64,000 nt of DNA from Candidatus Altimarinota bacterium (GTDB lineage Bacteria > Patescibacteriota > Gracilibacteria > UBA4473), in contig OZ246423.1 of assembly GCA_965231215.1 (NCBI GenBank), positions 32,001-96,000 of the forward strand. The letters run 5' to 3'. The notes under the pieces are model-generated. The model was not told the origin of the DNA, searched no databases, and saw only the letters and a list, made by a program, of their open reading frames with translations. Shown here in pieces: positions 62,471 to 64,000 of the stretch. Each line of letters opens with the position of its first letter. Within the stretch, counting starts at the first letter, position 1. The translations under genes and the position numbers were made by a program.

Positions 62471-62995
62471 TTAAACGTTATCCAACTCTGAAAGAATGTC
62501 TTCTTCATCTTGAACCTCTTGAGCTTGTTGTTGGGCTTCCCTAGCTTTTAGTTGGGCCTGCTGAGCCGCTCTTTTGTCAGCCATAATTTTTGCTTTCCGT
62601 GCGGCTTCTACAGGATCTACAGGTGGTTTCTTCCCATATTTAGCATCAATCTCCGCTAGTTTTTTTCGTTCTCGAGACAAGATATCCCTGAGTTTTTCTA
62701 CCTGTTGCGCATTCATTACCTCTGTAAGGTTAAACCAGTATTGCCTTTCTTCATCTTTCATAGACTCAGAACGCATAATGTAATCAACCAACTCTACATC
62801 ATTTTTAAGCAACGCCTCTGGGATCCGGAAATCTTGCAGGGTTTTACCTGATGGAGTTTTAATTTCTGCAGGATTAATAGCCGCCGCTACTTGTCCACCT
62901 CCCCCTTGTCCTTGCGAGGTTTGAGCCACAGGTGCACCTCCAGTGTGCACTTGTTTATTTTGAGGGTTGTTTCCAGCAGGATTAGTTTGATTCAT
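62471..62995 (-). CDS. Hypothetical helical protein related to the small helical family
   Basis: LVDYIMRSESM..EERQYWF...Q..KLR.IL..E core and EEDILSELDNV tail. TGcTATAAT lies 8 nt before the ATG. Confidence 0.75.
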   Translation of the reverse strand: MNQTNPAGNNPQNKQVHTGGAPVAQTSQGQGGGGQVAAAINPAEIKTPSGKTLQDFRIPEALLKNDVELVDYIMRSESMKDEERQYWFNLTEVMNAQQVEKLRDILSRERKKLAEIDAKYGKKPPVDPVEAARKAKIMADKRAAQQAQLKAREAQQQAQEVQDEEDILSELDNV

Positions 62996-63028
62996 ATCAG
63001 TGTATTATAGCAGATTTTTATAAAATTT

Positions 63029-64000
63029 TTAACTATTTTCTTCTTTGAGCCACTTAAAGAATTCTTGAGCATTATTAACTTCTTTTTTCCAGAAACCAAA
63101 GGCCAAAGAACTTCCTTGTATAACAAAGCCACTTCCAGATTTACGCACTGCGTTCTCTTCGTTATCAATATCTCCAGTAAAATCCCACCACCATGAGTGG
63201 TCTAATTCCGCAGCAAAGTTTCTCATATCTTGACCTGTCATTTGATATCCATTCCAAAAGCTGCTATCAAGTTCTAAAAGAGATTTAAAAGCTGGTGAAA
63301 TGCCTTCTTGTCCAAAGAGTTCTGGCGGGAAGAATTTAATATTATCAAAATCAAATTTATCTTTGTGAGTATCAAAATCTTTTATATAGTTACCAATTTT
63401 TTCAGAATCAATACTTTTGAAAGCTTCTTCAATAAGGCCTACATCAGCTTTCATTTCTTCAATAGCGGCATGTAATTTCTGTGGAGACAAATCATCATAG
63501 TTAAAATGCATTCTATCCCCGTACATATCTAATTGATCTAACCCACTAAGATGAACTGCCGTACCTCCAGCAAGCGCTGCTAAAAAAGCTGGCCAGCTCA
63601 CCAAAGCTGCACCAAAACCAAGAGTCGCAACTCCAGCTCCAGCACCAGCCCCAACAGCCTCTACCCACATATCGCCAATATAGTTTTGAAGATCATAACT
63701 CATAGTAAAACCACTATCAGTAAATTCAACATTAAACCCTGCACCTCCATCTTGATCACCAACATTTTCGGCTAAAGCGTGTAAATCAACAATATCAATC
63801 CCCTTAGTAAAAAGTGGGTAGTATTTTGGGTCATTCCCAAAAGATTGTGTGATTTTCTCTATAGCTTTGATATCTGCATCAGTCTCAACCTTAAATGGTT
63901 TTCCATTTCGAGTAATATTAAATGAATTCGGTTTGCCAGCTTTCTCTACTTTTTCTTTAAGGCCATTCAGTATTTTATCAGCTTTAGTTTTATCTTCTGG
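63029..64000 (-). CDS. 3' part of a larger protein with a Gly/Ala-rich hydrophobic hairpin
   Basis: The frame of ORF 63029-63703 stays open to 64000 (manual translation) and contains AVGAGAGAGVATLGFGAALVSWPAFLAALAGG. Confidence 0.7.
   Translation of the reverse strand, partial: PEDKTKADKILNGLKEKVEKAGKPNSFNITRNGKPFKVETDADIKAIEKITQSFGNDPKYYPLFTKGIDIVDLHALAENVGDQDGGAGFNVEFTDSGFTMSYDLQNYIGDMWVEAVGAGAGAGVATLGFGAALVSWPAFLAALAGGTAVHLSGLDQLDMYGDRMHFNYDDLSPQKLHAAIEEMKADVGLIEEAFKSIDSEKIGNYIKDFDTHKDKFDFDNIKFFPPELFGQEGISPAFKSLLELDSSFWNGYQMTGQDMRNFAAELDHSWWWDFTGDIDNEENAVRKSGSGFVIQGSSLAFGFWKKEVNNAQEFFKWLKEENS

Overview
AT-rich bacterial chromosome segment. It is most consistent with a Patescibacteria (CPR) genome of the Gracilibacteria/Peregrinibacteria type; this is an inference from the scarcity of Shine-Dalgarno motifs, type IV pilins, an SLH protein and scattered housekeeping genes. 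It reads in standard code 11, but TGA stops are almost absent. Housekeeping genes include trxA, galU, eno, nrnA-like, clpB (with a CIRCE box), a half-size carB, mltG, gyrB, purC, greA, rpoD, pheS, hup, tRNA-Pro(TGG) and tRNA-Leu(CAA). The main discovery is a divergent locus at about 51.5-61 kb encoding six proteins without signal peptides. Five carry a C-terminal cell-wall-active catalytic domain (lytic transglycosylase, two TIGR02594/CHAP-like peptidases, YkuD L,D-transpeptidase, NlpC/P60-like amidase) and one carries an SGNH esterase. Four share a conserved, apparently catalytically dead lysozyme-like scaffold, several share an N-terminal [KRQ]F[IC][FY] leader motif, and two of the three transcription units start with paralogous ~105-aa helical genes. 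This looks like an undescribed polymorphic peptidoglycan-attack effector system of an epibiotic or predatory CPR bacterium. Other notable items are a 1670-aa lipase toxin with an ankyrin-lipoprotein immunity gene, a peptidoglycan-binding protein with a C-terminal Hint domain, a FosA-like gene, an ApbE/FMN-binding pair, a candidate ~110-nt ncRNA before tRNA-Leu, a head-to-head deletion scar with an Flp-pilin remnant, and several families of dispersed palindromic repeats. All domain calls come from motif recognition by eye; no database search was run.
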